A stretch of 64,000 bases of DNA from Eledone cirrhosa. Taxonomy: Eukaryota. The DNA lies in assembly GCA_964016885.1 (NCBI GenBank), contig OZ024743.1, forward strand, positions 163,432,001 through 163,496,000, written 5' to 3'. The position numbers and the translations under genes are program-made. This document shows positions 51,280 to 64,000 of this stretch, piece by piece (the first letter of the stretch is position 1; the number at the start of each line of letters is the position of its first letter). The notes under the pieces are model-generated. The model had not been told where the DNA came from. It did not search any database and was given only the letters and a program-made list of their open reading frames with translations.

Positions 51280-52240
51280 CAATGAGTGTGTGTGTATCCG
51301 TTTCTTAATCATATGTGTGTATGTGTGTGTGTCTGTATATCTTATTCATGCAATATGTTTGTGTATGTGTGTCTGTCTATCTTATATGAGCATGTGCTTG
51401 TCTATTATATATGTGTATATCTTTCTATCTTATATGTGTACCGTATGTCAGTGTGTGAGTTTGCATGTGTGTGGAAGAGTCTGTCCTATGTGTGTGTGTA
51501 TATGTGTTCTATGTGTCTATCTTTTGTGTGTGTCTGTCTTGTGTGTGCGTTTGTCTTCTATATCTATCTTACATATATGTGTGTGTGTGTGTATCGTATA
51601 TGTGTGTGCCTGTCTATGTTATATGTATGCAATCTGCCTGTGCCTATGTATGTGTATGTATGAGTATCACTATGTGTTCACATATATGTGTGCCTGTCTA
51701 TCTTATGTGTATGTATGAATATCACTCAGTGTTCACATATATTTCACAGCTATGGAGCAACAACTGGTATCCAACACAGAAACAAGACTCTTTTATTGAA
51801 ATTTAAACATTAATTAAGATAGTCATGTATGTGTGGGTATGCGTATATGTTTATGTATGTTTGAGTGTATGTGTGTGTTAGTTTGAATGTATATGCATGT
51901 GTCTGTTTATGTATGTTTGTGTGTGTATGTATGCATATATATGTTTGAGTGTCTGTGCACATATCTGTCTATCTTTGTGTGTTTGTATGGTGTGTGTTTG
52001 TGTGCTGTATGTGTGTGTCTATGTGTCTTTATGTGAGGAAAACTATTTGTTGGCATCACTGTCTTTCTCAAAACTACATATTTATAAATTATATATAGAT
52101 ATATATGTTAGACAATGTGTGTATATATGTGATGTGCATTTTGTTTACATACATGGCTTGTGGCAGTGTTTTCAGAATGCTCTGTTTTCTGTATGTGTGT
52201 ATATGTATGTGTGCCTAAAGGCATGTATATATATATATAT
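51280..52240. repeat. Degenerate (TG/TA)n low-complexity tract
   Basis: Visible composition; it generates spurious Cys/Val/Tyr ORFs. Confidence 0.9.
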
Positions 52241-53201
52241 TCTGACACCCCAGCGAACTAACCATATTCACTGAACCAGAACAATTCTCCCATCCCTTTC
52301 TCTTGACCATTATCTTTCACTTATCACAAAATTCTCTAAAAAGTCTACAGAATGGATTTCCAAATAAGGACACGAAAATTTAATGAAAACTTGTTCACGT
52401 GAGAGTCATAATTTCATTTATAACCAAACCAACCAAAAAAAAGCCTTCGTGGGCCCCTTTTTTCAAGTAAAAAGACATTCAAACACTCATATATGAAAAA
52501 ACAACCTGTGACAACCCCCCCCCCCCCCCCCCTCTTATTTGAAGAACTATTGTAACGCGAACTGGCGCGAAATTTATTATAATTATTGACAAACCAATCA
52601 AATTACTTCTCGAAAAACCTGGCATTTCGAGCCACTTTTTCCATATAAAACAAGTAACATTCAGAGACCAACCAGATGTGAGAAAAACCACAGACCCTCC
52701 ATCTCAACTCACCTTTTGAAAAGCAGAAGAACTGCGAAACCGGTAAAGGAACCAAATAAATATATATATTTTTTTTTTTAAATAAGACTCCAGTTGCATT
52801 TTCGATTTCATCTCTTTTTCTTTATACTTTCACTCGTGTAGGACACCTCGGTTATTTTTCATTTTGTAAAAAAACCTCACTTTCTAATATATATATGTAT
52901 ATATATATATATATATATATGTATATACAATAGTACAGTATATTCGAAGTTCGATCAGCAGCTAAGCCAACGAATGCCTTCAGCAGTGCAGCCAAGCACT
53001 CGACAAGGTATAGACCTCAGAGTAATAACATACAGTTTAAAGGGCTTTGCAAATTGAAGATAGCGACCGCTAATTCAGCCGCGTGATCTGTAGCGACGAA
53101 AAAACAAACTAGTGAGAAAAGGAAACACACACACACACACATACACACACATATATATATACATATAAAAATATACATATATGCACATATCTGTATATAT
53201 A

Positions 53202-53243
<42 letters not shown>

Positions 53244-53246
<3 letters not shown>

Positions 53247-53683
53247 GTATAGGATTATCCAAGATGTAGTAATGGTTAATTACTACACTGGATATGGTTG
53301 ACGTACGGTAAGAGGTTACTCTACGAGTTATGGAAGAATTGTTGAAGAAACTTAGTTCCTGATCCTTCAGTATTCCGGAGTGTATATAAAGAATGAATAA
53401 TAACAGGTAGACATCATAAAAAGGTAATTTATTCCGTGTGCTTACAAGTGTTTCCACGGTGGTACTGCAGCCTAGTTATGCTACGTGCAAATTCACAAGT
53501 ACTTGCAGAACTCAAATATCCAATGCTGTGACCACTGTTTCCTCAGAGTGTTCTATTTGAGTTCTGCAAGTACTTGTGAATTTGCACGTAGCATAACTAG
53601 GCTGCAGTACCACCGTGGAAACACTTGTAAGCACCCGGAATAAATTACCTTTTTATGATGTCTACCTGTTATTATTCATTCTT

Positions 53684-53690
<7 letters not shown>
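53244..53690 (-). mobile_element. Fold-back module (about 136-bp arms, 35-nt spacer, about 140-bp tail) with a long-stem-II hammerhead-like motif
   Basis: 53383-53518 is complementary to 53554-53689. Minus strand: CTGAGGA-aacagtggt..cagc...gctg..accaccgtg-GAAA-cacttg-TA. Confidence 0.8.
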
Positions 53691-53724
<34 letters not shown>

Positions 53725-53779
53725 ATGAATGTATATATTTTCTTCTTTCTTCCACTTTTTCTTGAGAGGGAAAGGGTCA

Positions 53780-54010
53780 TGGGGTCAGAGTCCTTCCAAA
53801 ACATTCCTTCCAGCAGGTCCTGTCAGAAGCAACCATTTCCAACTGATCTGGCTGGATCTCCAAGCATGACCAGCCAAGCTCATGGTTGTTATCCTACCAT
53901 CTTGTTCAGGATCTACCCTTGGGTCTCTTGCCAGCTGGTTTTGCCTGTAAAATCTGTCCAGCGATTCTTTCCTGAAACATTCTAACCACATGCCCATAGT
54001 ATCCAAGCTG
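53780..54010 (-). mobile_element. RTE 3' end
   Basis: Homologous to 28405-28630. Confidence 0.75.
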
Positions 54011-54599
54011 TATATATGCATAATATAATCATACATTGTATGTGAGATATTCATGGGGCCTGAATATGCACGTATGTGTGTGTATCATTTTGTGTTTATG
54101 TCTATATATCCATGTGTGCATATTATTCTTTATATATATGTGTTCCAAAATCATTATCAAGACTATCCAACAGTTTGTCTTCTTTACTCTGACAGAGCTT
54201 TGACCTGCTGGATCTGTGGTGTGATCACTGAGGATGATGTCAGCTCAACTGAGCTCCTGAAAAGACTTCTGATCAACGACCTCCAGGATGTGCTTCTCAC
54301 GAGACACATGCACTGGTATGGCCATGTCGAGTGCAGTGAGGGCTGGATCAGCAAAGTGATGAATGTTGATCCAGAACTTCCACCAGGAAATCTTTCGTAT
54401 CATTGAATTTTCTTTGCTTCTTTCATTTAAATATTCCATGACTCTCTATCACTTTTCCTCTACTACAATCTTCTTACACCACCTTCTTCTTCTCACCCAC
54501 CTATTTTTCACTCCCACCCTAGTACCTTCAACAAGCCCAATCTCGAATCTTTTCTCTGCCAGCTCTATTCCAATCTCAAGCGCTTCCTCCAACCCCCCC

Positions 54600-56310
54600 C
54601 CCCCCTATCCAATCCTCCCTGCATCTCTCCAACTTCATCTTCACCAAAACACAATATAATAGTCACATTACCTTTTTAAGTCGCTGTCTCCACCACCACC
54701 TCATTCCCCGAGGTTTCCGCCTCAAGTTTCACCCCACCTCTTACTCTGCTCCCACCACTGAGCCCATCCTTACCCGCTCCTCTCGCCAGCTTATGTGGGC
54801 GACCATTCGATCAACTCTCGCCCAAATCTCTTGATTGAGATCTCCCCAAGGCCTACCTCCATCTCTCCTCCATCTGCCACCCCCTCCTCACCCAATCCCT
54901 TATCCAATTCCTCCTTTACCTCAATCACCTCCTTTTCAATTTCCTGACTTCCATAAAATACCACAAACTCCACTCACTCCGCTCTCTGCCTGCCGTCACC
55001 CCCATACTCATTTCACCTCCAACCCTAACCCCTCTATCCCGTCACCTTCCACCCCCTTTCCTCTCCCCACCACTGAATCTGCACACGCTTTGCCCAACCA
55101 CCTTAACCCCTCTGCCTCCGCCCCTTTCACTCCCTCACGTCCCTGCACTGTAGTCACCATACCCCAGGACCTACCACTCTCTGAAGCTGAGCGCTCCCTC
55201 TTCGCCTGTGGTTTGTGTTTTATACCAATCACATCTACCTGTGACGAGTTCTGCACATGTGCCGATATTAAAGGGTTCTTCCATCGATTAAAGCTGAAAG
55301 GTTATTTTCACGACTCGCCATCATCAACACAGATGGATGACTTCACTTGTCTCAGTCGCTGGCAATCACATAGGACGCCGAGCTCTGGCCAGTTCAGCAC
55401 CCTCGACTCCTCTGTCGATCAAACGAGCTGACAAAGGTGGCGCTATGGGGGTTTGGAGCATTGAACTCTATAGGGCTCTCTACCAGCTTCACAATACCCT
55501 TTTTTACTGCCCTTTATCCTCCGATCCCACTCCTGGCTACCAACAACTCATGTCCTCCACCATCCACCAGCTCATCTTCTTCTCTTTCCTACCCCCCACA
55601 GCCACCAACCTTATTGTACACACCCCTAACACACCCACCATCTACTTCCTCCCCAAAATACACAAACAAAATAATCCCAGCCATCCTATCGTTTCCGCGA
55701 GCAACTGCCCCTCCAAGATCATTTCTGAATATTGAGACACCATCTTCGCCCTGGTAGTTGTCAATCTCCCCTCCCACATCCACGATACCAATCATGCTCT
55801 TAGACTCTTCAACTCTTTCTCCTTCCCTCCTGGTCCCTCTCGCCTTCTCTTTACCCTGGACATCACCTCTCTCTATACCGTCATCCCTCATGATGACGGC
55901 CTCCACGCTCTCCAACATTTTTTAGATTTACGCCCTGCCCCTTACCCCAACACTACCACTCTTCTCCGTCTGCCTGAGCTTGTTCTCACCCTCAATGGCT
56001 TTTCCTTTTCAGGTGAATTCTATCAGCAGGTCTCTGGGGTAGCGATGGGAACCAGAATGGGTCCAAACTATGCCAATTTGTTTGTTGGCTACGTCAAAGC
56101 CCAGATCTTCTCCCAGTACGCTGGACCGACTCCTGAGTTATACGGTCGTTATATCGACGACTGTATCAGCGCCACCTCTCTATCACGAGAACAGCTCAAC
56201 TGTTTTCTTTCTTTTGTCCAATCTTTCTATCCTGCTCTCAATTTCACCGCCTCCGTCTCCGATTCTTCTGTCCCTTTTCTAGGTATCTCTCTATCTATTA
56301 ATCACTCTCA
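54600..56310 (+). mobile_element. Penelope-like element 5'/RT part (C-rich family), 3'-truncated
   Basis: LPLSEAERSL..GLCFIP, KRADKGGA, IYFLPKIHK, LDITSLYTVIPH, MGTRMGPNYANLF, YIDDC. Confidence 0.9.
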
Positions 56311-56739
56311 CCCAGTTGGTGCATTTGGTGTTGTTAGTGTTTGTGTTGTTATTTGTGGTGGTGTTAGTGTTGTTATTTGAGGTGGTGATTGTGATGATGA
56401 TGATGGTTTGGGCAGTTTTTGTGTTGTTATTTGTGTTGGTGATAGTAATGATGGTGATGGTTTTTGTTGTTGTTGTTGTTGTCGTTGCTGTTGTTGTTGT
56501 TACTATTGTTGTAGTTGTTAAGTCCCAAGTCAGCTTTGATTGGGCAGAATTATAATCAAAATTGTTTCAATTGTGACCATCATTCCATTTTTTTATATTA
56601 CATATTTCACTCCACACTGCATTCTCCAGTGTGTTTTTGAGAACGATGTGGCTGCTTTTTCTGGCAGGTTGTGTGACCACATAGGAGCTACCTTGTTATT
56701 GACTTTTATATTTATAGTTATGTTGGTTTCACAAAACAT

Positions 56740-56992
56740 CCATCCCACTCTGTAAAGTCGTTGTGTAGGTATCACGACAAAAAGCACCCAGTCCACACTG
56801 TATAGTGGTCGTGTAGGAGACACGGCAAAAAGCACCCAGTACACACTGTAAATGTGGTTGGCGTTAGGAAGGAAATCCAGTCGTATAAAACCAGCCAGAA
56901 ACAGTCCTATACGAGCGAGACACGGTCATGCAACCCAACTTGCCTCAAATGGGACAAACCCATCTAAGACGTTGAACGATGACGATGATGAT
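56740..56992 (+). mobile_element. RTEX-like 3'UTR fragment
   Basis: About 48-bp units followed by ggcgttaggaagg..tccag and a (GAT)n tail. Confidence 0.75.
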
Positions 56993-57219
56993 TTATCTTT
57001 TTGAGGCAGCAAATTGGCTGAGTCACTATATTATGCTATATACCATGCTAAAGACGGACAATTCTTCCTCTATATCTCTTTCTCATTTTCTCTGGAGAGG
57101 GATATGCTCTGCCAGGCTTAAAATATTTAATAAATACTGTATGTCAATACGGAGCCCCTACAACTCCATCAGGAGTTACAGGACCATATCATATGATGCC
57201 ATGCCCTTTATGTCTTTGG

Positions 57220-57470
57220 TGAAGGCCTGTGGCCTAGTGGTAAGAATGTTGAACTTGCGATCATAAAGATGTGCGTCTGATTCCTGGACCGGGTTGTGTG
57301 TTGTATTCTAGAGTAAAACACTTCATTTTATGTTGCTCCAGTATACTCAGCTGAAAATGATTACTAACAGTAGCTGAATGGACTGGCATCCTGTCCAGGG
57401 GAAGTTTTGTACACTCAGTCACTTTACACCCAGGAAACCGGGATAGGTGCTGGCCGAATGAGCCTCCTGG
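57220..57470 (+). mobile_element. tRNA-derived SINE
   Basis: Head gtggcctagtggtaaga...gattcctggacc, followed by a core-like gagtaaaacacttcatttt..ttgctccagt. Confidence 0.65.
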
Positions 57471-59124
57471 TTTGATAATGAAATTTTTAGATGTTGGTGA
57501 AATGAAACAGTAAGTAATTAAATTAGGTGTAGTTAGTTTATTTCACATATAGTGGGAGTTGTAGCTAACTGGAGTCCATGATGGTAATAAAAAGTAAGTT
57601 GTTTGAATCCTGCCATGCTGGTGCCAGCATTACTTAACTCTCAATCGCTCACTCTACCAAGTAAATAAATATTATGGTATAATGCAGCATATTTATGTAA
57701 ACAATAGGAACACTGTCAAAGAGATGAGTATTTTATTTGCCTACACTGCTGGATTCAACACATCTCTCCCCTTCCTTGTGATCGTATTTTGGAGAAGAAT
57801 TGACTCCCACTACACCAGGGATTTCAAATACATGGCCCACAGGCTGCATGTGGCCTGCAAACTATTTTCCTATGGTTTGTGGCACAACAATTTTCATAAT
57901 TAATATTTTCCTAAAAGTTGGTAATTTATCCGTTTTAATTTATACAATGTATTGTAATTTACAAATGAAATACAATAAAATGAAAAAAAAACTGGAATTC
58001 ATCAAAAGTGAAAACAAAAAAAAAAAAGGGGAATTTACCAAAAGTAAAAACAAAATTAAGGAAAATTTGTTCCCCTACATTTTGTACTAATTTACATATC
58101 CCACTTATTATCATATGTGTATTGAAGATTAGCATTATAAGTGGTGGAAATCATGCCCCACACCCTCATCTTACTTTTGGTCTGCTGTGTCTTCCCACAA
58201 GATGTAATGGCCCTTTCTAGTCCTTCAATTTGGGGGCTCTACTCTATACTGTTTTGTAGTCAGCCCTAAATTAACCATTAAGGTCTCAAGTAAAGCATAT
58301 ATGTTTTCATTTTCTTGTGAGACCTTCTGGTGTAATATTTTGAATGAGGGAGCTCTAAACTTTATATGTTTAGGCCCTCACAAACATTTCATCTGACACT
58401 GTTTTCAAAAGATTTTCAGATGGACAGATATTTATTTTCTAAGTAGAAAAGTGACTGGGACTTCCAAATTTCATTCTAGTTGTTTCATCTTTCTTAGTAG
58501 ACAGATATATGTTTATATGTAGAATAACAGCACAAATCATTCAATGAAAGGTTATCACATTTTTCATTCATTTGTTCTGTCTCTCTAAAGTACAAAACCT
58601 CATGAAGATGTTGCTTCATTGTCCCAGCAGACAGAATTTAGTTATTTTATGGGAAAGTGAGCCATTTCAGAATGGTAGTCCCTGCCTTTGTGACTTGCTG
58701 GGAGTTATTTGAAGAATAAGCTTCACCAGCTTTAAATATAGAGTTTTGAAACAACTTTCATCCTAAATATTTATAAAATTCACAATGTAGAATTAAAAAT
58801 GCTAAGATTAACTAAATTATATACATTTTGGATAAAATAACCTCTCCTGAGATTGATGGAATTATGGTACTTAATAAAATACAAACTAATCATAACTTAG
58901 CATACCTGACAGTTATGTTGTTAACACAAAGGATGACATGTTATGAGGCCTGAAGCAGCTACACCTATACATTCCTTTTCCTTGCCTGTTATGGTGACAT
59001 ACTCCCTCCACAGAAGCTCCTTGCATTCAGCTGTCAGAATGTGGGATAATATTTTGGAAGCTGCAATGAAAATGTTACCGCCAAGCTGCAGGGAACTATA
59101 AGTTAGCCCATTAGAGTTTTCTTT

Positions 59125-59400
59125 CATTTCATCATCATCATCATTTCATTTTACGTCCGCTTTTTCCCTGCTTGCAAGGGTGGGACGGGAACTGATTCTG
59201 GCTTGATTTCTACAGCTGGATGCCCTTCCTAACCCCAACCTCATTTATAGTGAGTGCTGGGTGCTTTTTTGCCGTGGCACCTCCACGACCACTTTGCAGT
59301 GGAATGATAAGGACCCCAGTCCCTATCATCTCATTTCTACAGCTGTGTAAACTGGAGCAATGTGAAATAAAGTGTCTTGCTCAAGGAAACAACACATTGT
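59125..59400 (-). mobile_element. SINE family B copy, 5'-truncated
   Basis: Near identical to 36496-36765. Confidence 0.85.
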
Positions 59401-59831
59401 ATCCAAATATTTAATGAGTTTATTGTTCATATTATTTAGGCCAAGAAAACCCTCAGAATATTGTGATAACAATCTCACTGGGTGTACCAACAATTAATCC
59501 TTTTCTTATCATATATATATAATGAATGACACTACCTATGAGTTTCAAATCATTCTGAAAATAATCAAGAATTTTAAAGGATTTAAGGATATAACTTTCT
59601 CATTCTTTAGCTGATATTTATAACATACCTTAACAAAATTCTTACATAAAATTATTTTAGAAGTTGTTTTTTGATAAATAAAAACATTTAAAAATAAACA
59701 GTTTGATTTGAATGTTTTTGCTTTTATTGTGAAAAGGTCATATATTAACTATAAAATAGTCAACATTTTTACTCAACCGTTAAAACAGCTTTGTATCAAA
59801 GAATGAAGGATAGTTTCATGTGGTTTGGTAT

Positions 59832-61794
59832 TGTAATGAGAAAAGCTGCTGCACTTACCACAATTCTGCTAGCTCACTCAGCGAGTCATGCGTCATCCAC
59901 GTGGGTATAGTTGTTTCTCCTGGCTAGGAACAGGGTCCTATCCACTCCCATATGGTGCATGTCATGCAACCCTTTAAGTTCCGACTCGCTCAGCCGACAC
60001 ACAGCAGCTATCCCCTCTTCTACATCCTCCAGCACTTCCATCCAGGCTTTCCTCACCCTGGTTAGAACGTCTGCTCTATTTTTCTCTGAGGGCACGAAGA
60101 CCACACTCAACCTCAGGTCGAACTCGGCAACCAGCTCTCCTAGAGTTCCCAGGCGGTGCTTTATCAGCATTTCCGCCGCCCCTCTCATTCGCACTCTCTT
60201 CTCACTGGTAAGCACTGATCTTACCCATCCAAGTACAGTGACCGAGTCGGTGCGAATCTCAATCGTGCGCAGTCCCCACCTCAAGGCGAGGTTCACCCTC
60301 TCAACACAGCGTCCAGCTCGGCCACATTGATGTGGTTACAATCATCCTTCTTCCTGAGCCAGGCTGCATCCTCAACCTTGACACCTCCTGTCTCCAGCAT
60401 GACACCTAACGCTATGCTGCTGGCATCACACCATACAGTTCCACTCTGCGATTTGGGGACATACCAGCGTCCTCGCACTGGGTCATCGGCCTTCACCCTC
60501 CCCACGATCTCCTGCATCATGGCCACCGTCCTCTCTCCTACTCTATCACTCCAAGTCACCCCGTCTGCTCATCTCTTGACATAGCTGCATGCCGTCCGGA
60601 GCCACCCAGCGATTGGGTAGTGACCCACCAATTTTCCACACGCCGAGAAGAGTTCCCGTCTATTCATATTTGGGCCCAGTTCCGGGACTTCATTTCCCCT
60701 CCGAAATACTAACCTGCCCGTCTTATCTCTTCGCAGCCTAAGTCCCAGCGCGGCTCCTCCCTCCAACACCTCCGACGGCTTTGCAGTCAATCCGTATCCT
60801 CGCAAATGGCTCGTGACCTCCGCCGCCGACACAACAGTCTCGTCCACTAGGATGTCGACGATGTAGGAATTGGTGGCCCTCTTCATCTTGTCGCCCTTTC
60901 CCAGAATGGTCTTGAGGACTGCCGCCATTATCTTCAGTGCAGAGTTCAGCCCGAAACTGAGCCTGGTCAGGTAATATGTCCGACCCTTATACCTGACAAG
61001 CTGATACTGCCACAGCTTCTCCTCCTCGTGTAGCTGTAGATATGCCGACTTTAAATCGACGATTGTGGAAGCCTCCGTCATACGTCTCCACTCACGCAGG
61101 ATTTCCCCGCAGACATCCGTGACCTTACCACCCGTGTGGCACGACACATGCTCATTCAGCTCCCGAAAATCCAATACCGGTCTCACCTTGTTTTTCGTGA
61201 GTTGCGCCACCACCATTAACGGCAGCACCCTACACTTCACCTCCTCCTTCCAGGGAACCAGTATGCCCTCCTTGATCCATCTCTCTACCTCTCGCTCAAA
61301 CTCGCTCCTAGTGTCTCCTTTCAATGTGTGCTGATAGCAGCCCACTTTGTTCTTCAGTGTTGGTGGTTCTCCCTTCCAGTACCACTCAACCCATTGTTGC
61401 CCGTCGAACACGGGCTTGAAGTCCTGCGGATATGTAACAAACAACAGAATCCTCTCTGTTTTCCAGTAGCTTTGTCTTCAAAAAAAATTCTTCCTTTTTT
61501 TCTTTTCTTTTTCAATTGTAAATCTTCACATGCTGAAATAGCTTGTAATGAGAAAAGCTACTGCACTTACCGCAATGCTGCTAGCTCACTCAGCGAGTCA
61601 TGCGTCATCCACGTGGGTATAATCCGTTCACCAAGATGCCGCTCGCATTTGCACGTTCATCCCTCACGGGTCACAGCTGAAAGAGATCCCACAGATGCTC
61701 CTGAGTACGCATCTCATGCCACTTCCTCTTCCGCCTTCAGTCCATCGTCCCCAGCTTCCTGTCACCTCCTCCACACCACCACACCATCCCCACA
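59832..61794 (-). mobile_element. Internally deleted Ty3/Gypsy-like LTR element with 5-bp TSD
   Basis: TG..CA LTR at 61544-61794; partial second LTR at 59832-59909; GGTAT on both flanks. Protein motifs VRPVLDFRELN, DLKSAYLQ, YIVDILVD, WCDASSIALG, INVAELDA and HDMHHMGVDRT. Confidence 0.9.
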
Positions 61795-62204
61795 GGTATC
61801 AAAAGGGTTAAATATACAGAACATTTCTAAGGTGGAATGTCTTCTTATCTAGTGTGAAATATTTCTAAAATCATTACATATTTCAATTGAATATGTACCT
61901 GAAATATTTAACAAAAATCTCTATTATCTTTTGTTCTTTATAAGCTCACTTTCATGGAACATATCCTCAATACAAAGTGCTGCAGTGTTTTCAAAATAAT
62001 ACAACATAATCATGTCAGTAATATTAGAATAACAATGATTCATTAATTCATTCTTTCATCATCATCACCATCATCATTAATTGACATTAAATTATGATGA
62101 TCGTTATGAATGATTCAAAGATATCACCAGTCTGTGACCAATACAAAAATTGCTGATAATTTACAAATAAAATTGTCATTCAAATATGCAATGACCTAGA
62201 ATAC

Positions 62205-62540
62205 ATAGCCGCAGCATGGCCAAATTGTTAAGAAGTTAGATTTGTAATCATTAGGTCTTGAGTTTGATCCAGCTGTGTAGCATCTTGAATAAGTATTGGT
62301 TACCATAGCCTGAAGTAGACCCAAGCCATGTGAGTGAAATTGAGCAGACAGAAACTGTTTGGAAGCCCATTGGATGGACTGTATCTGTAATTGAAAAGGC
62401 CAGTTTTGTCACACAGTGTTATGTTGAATCTCCTTGAGAATTACATTATGGGTATCCATATCTGTGGAATGCTCAGCCACTTATATGTTAATTTCATGTC
62501 CTGTTGTTTGGAACACTCATTGTCAAAACCAATGGTGGAT
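62205..62540 (+). mobile_element. Old tRNA-derived SINE
   Basis: Degenerate A/B boxes (tggccaaattgttaag..gagtttgatcc). Confidence 0.55.
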
Positions 62541-63224
62541 CATTCTAACCTAGAACAAAAGGTTTAGTTTAACCCTTTCATGATCATATTTCTAATGACT
62601 ACATTGCCTGTGTGTTCCTATTCATTTTGAAAATAATCAAGAATTCTGAGTGATTTATTCAAATAACTAATATTTACATTATTTGTAGATCAAGCTGGTA
62701 AATAGACCATGATTCTTTAAAAGTTTTTTTTCATAAAATTCTGAGAGAAAGTTTTCATTTACATATGTTGGTGATATGAATGGCATCCAGGCATAGAAAC
62801 CATACCAAAACCGTAATGTAAGTAATCAAGATGTGGGCTCTTGGCCTGCTTGTGAGAGAATAGTAACTGACTAGGTCCATGACAATCCATCTACCCTATG
62901 CCAGCATGGACAAAAAGACATTAAAGGATGATGATGATGGTGATGGTGATAGTGAAGTACATTTTAAAATAGGCAATTCTGTACTCAAGAACCAAAATCA
63001 GTTTCAGACTGGTTAGCTTCAATAGTGTGTTGAAGAATTGAAATGTGGTCCAGGAACCCTTAACTCCTGGAGGAGATGCAGGGGTACTTTTGGGCATTTT
63101 AACCCTTCCATTGTCATATTTCTAATGAAAGACAATGCCTATGACTTTCAAATAATTTTGAAAATAACTAACAATTTGGAAGGATTTAGTAATATAGCAA
63201 CTGTTCTTATTATTAAGTTGGCAT

Positions 63225-63770
63225 GAATTGGCAGTATTGGTAGAGGGTTGGACGCCATGCCTTCCAGCACAGTTACATCCCTTTACGGTCTGAGTTCAAA
63301 TTCCGTCGAGTTTAACTTTGCCTTTCATCCTTACGGTGTCGATAAAATAAAGTACCAGTAATGTACTGGGTAATTGCTGGCCTTGTGCCAAAAGTAGAAA
63401 CAATTATTAAGTTGGCATCTAGAGCAGTAGGTTGGTAATAGATCAGGAGAGCATCTGACAACATGCTTTGCAGCATATAGTTATGTCCCTTTATGTTCTG
63501 GTTTCAAATCATCCTTCTGAGGTTGATAAAATAAAGTACCAGTAACGCATTGGTTCACTTTAATTGACTTTTCCTTCCCCCAGAATTATTGGCCTTGTGC
63601 CTAAATCAGAAACCATTATCAAGTTGACATCTAGTCGGTGGATTAGTAGAAACGTTTTGGAGTATTGGATAAATGCTTTGCGGTATTTGTTTGATATCTT
63701 TACCTTCTTAGGTCAAATCCCATAGAGGTCAACTTTGCCTTTCATCCTTTCAGGGTCAATAAAATAAAGT
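63225..63770 (+). mobile_element. Three adjacent SINE family A copies
   Basis: Cores at 63225-63410, about 63425-63620 and about 63640-63770. Confidence 0.8.
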
Positions 63771-64000
63771 ACAGGCCAAACCAACTGGCAGGAGACCCAG
63801 GGGAAGACACTGAGCAAGATGATTTGATAACATCCATGAGCTCGGCTGGTCTCACCCATGGATCCAACTAAATCAGGAGGAGGAGGAGGAGGAGGAGAAG
63901 GACTTTCTTATTAACAAGCTGATGTTTGGAAAACAACAAATGTTCTTACATAAAATTATGATAAAAGGTTTTGAGAGAAATGTAAACACTTTAAAACAAA

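Noticed and set aside
51286-52274. Cys/Val-rich ORFs (also at 7056, 33738-34374 and 46456)
   Set aside because: They are translations of TG/TA microsatellites.
57220-57300. tRNA gene (also the heads near 36770-36840 and 62210)
   Set aside because: Only degenerate A/B boxes that continue into SINE bodies; no full cloverleaf.
58921-59127. Possible host exon
   Set aside because: ASKILSHIL resembles a decayed LINE RT motif, and no consistent exon chain was found.

Overview
AT-rich, transposon-dense animal genomic DNA. The SINE families and (TA)n load resemble an octopus/cephalopod genome, but that is my inference. I found no supportable host protein-coding gene, rRNA, tRNA or CRISPR array, and most ORFs in the track are antisense or microsatellite artefacts. 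The window is a mosaic of decayed elements: a near-full-length L1/Tx1 LINE, R4/Dong-like and CRE-like LINE fragments, several RTE and RTEX-like LINEs (the latter with a PHD finger inside ORF2), two Ty3/Gypsy remnants, a solo LTR, a Helitron-like 3' end, many SINEs and about seven Penelope-like elements (PLEs). The most interesting unexplained structure is non-coding. Between about 27 and 54 kb I can hand-fold roughly a dozen complete, half or degenerate hammerhead ribozyme motifs, including U3:A8 and U4A core variants and long stem II forms. Many sit in asymmetric fold-back modules (inverted repeat plus a one-sided tail) embedded in (TA)n tracts and belonging to at least five unrelated sequence families. 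All RNA structures were folded by eye, and element boundaries are approximate unless exact termini are quoted.
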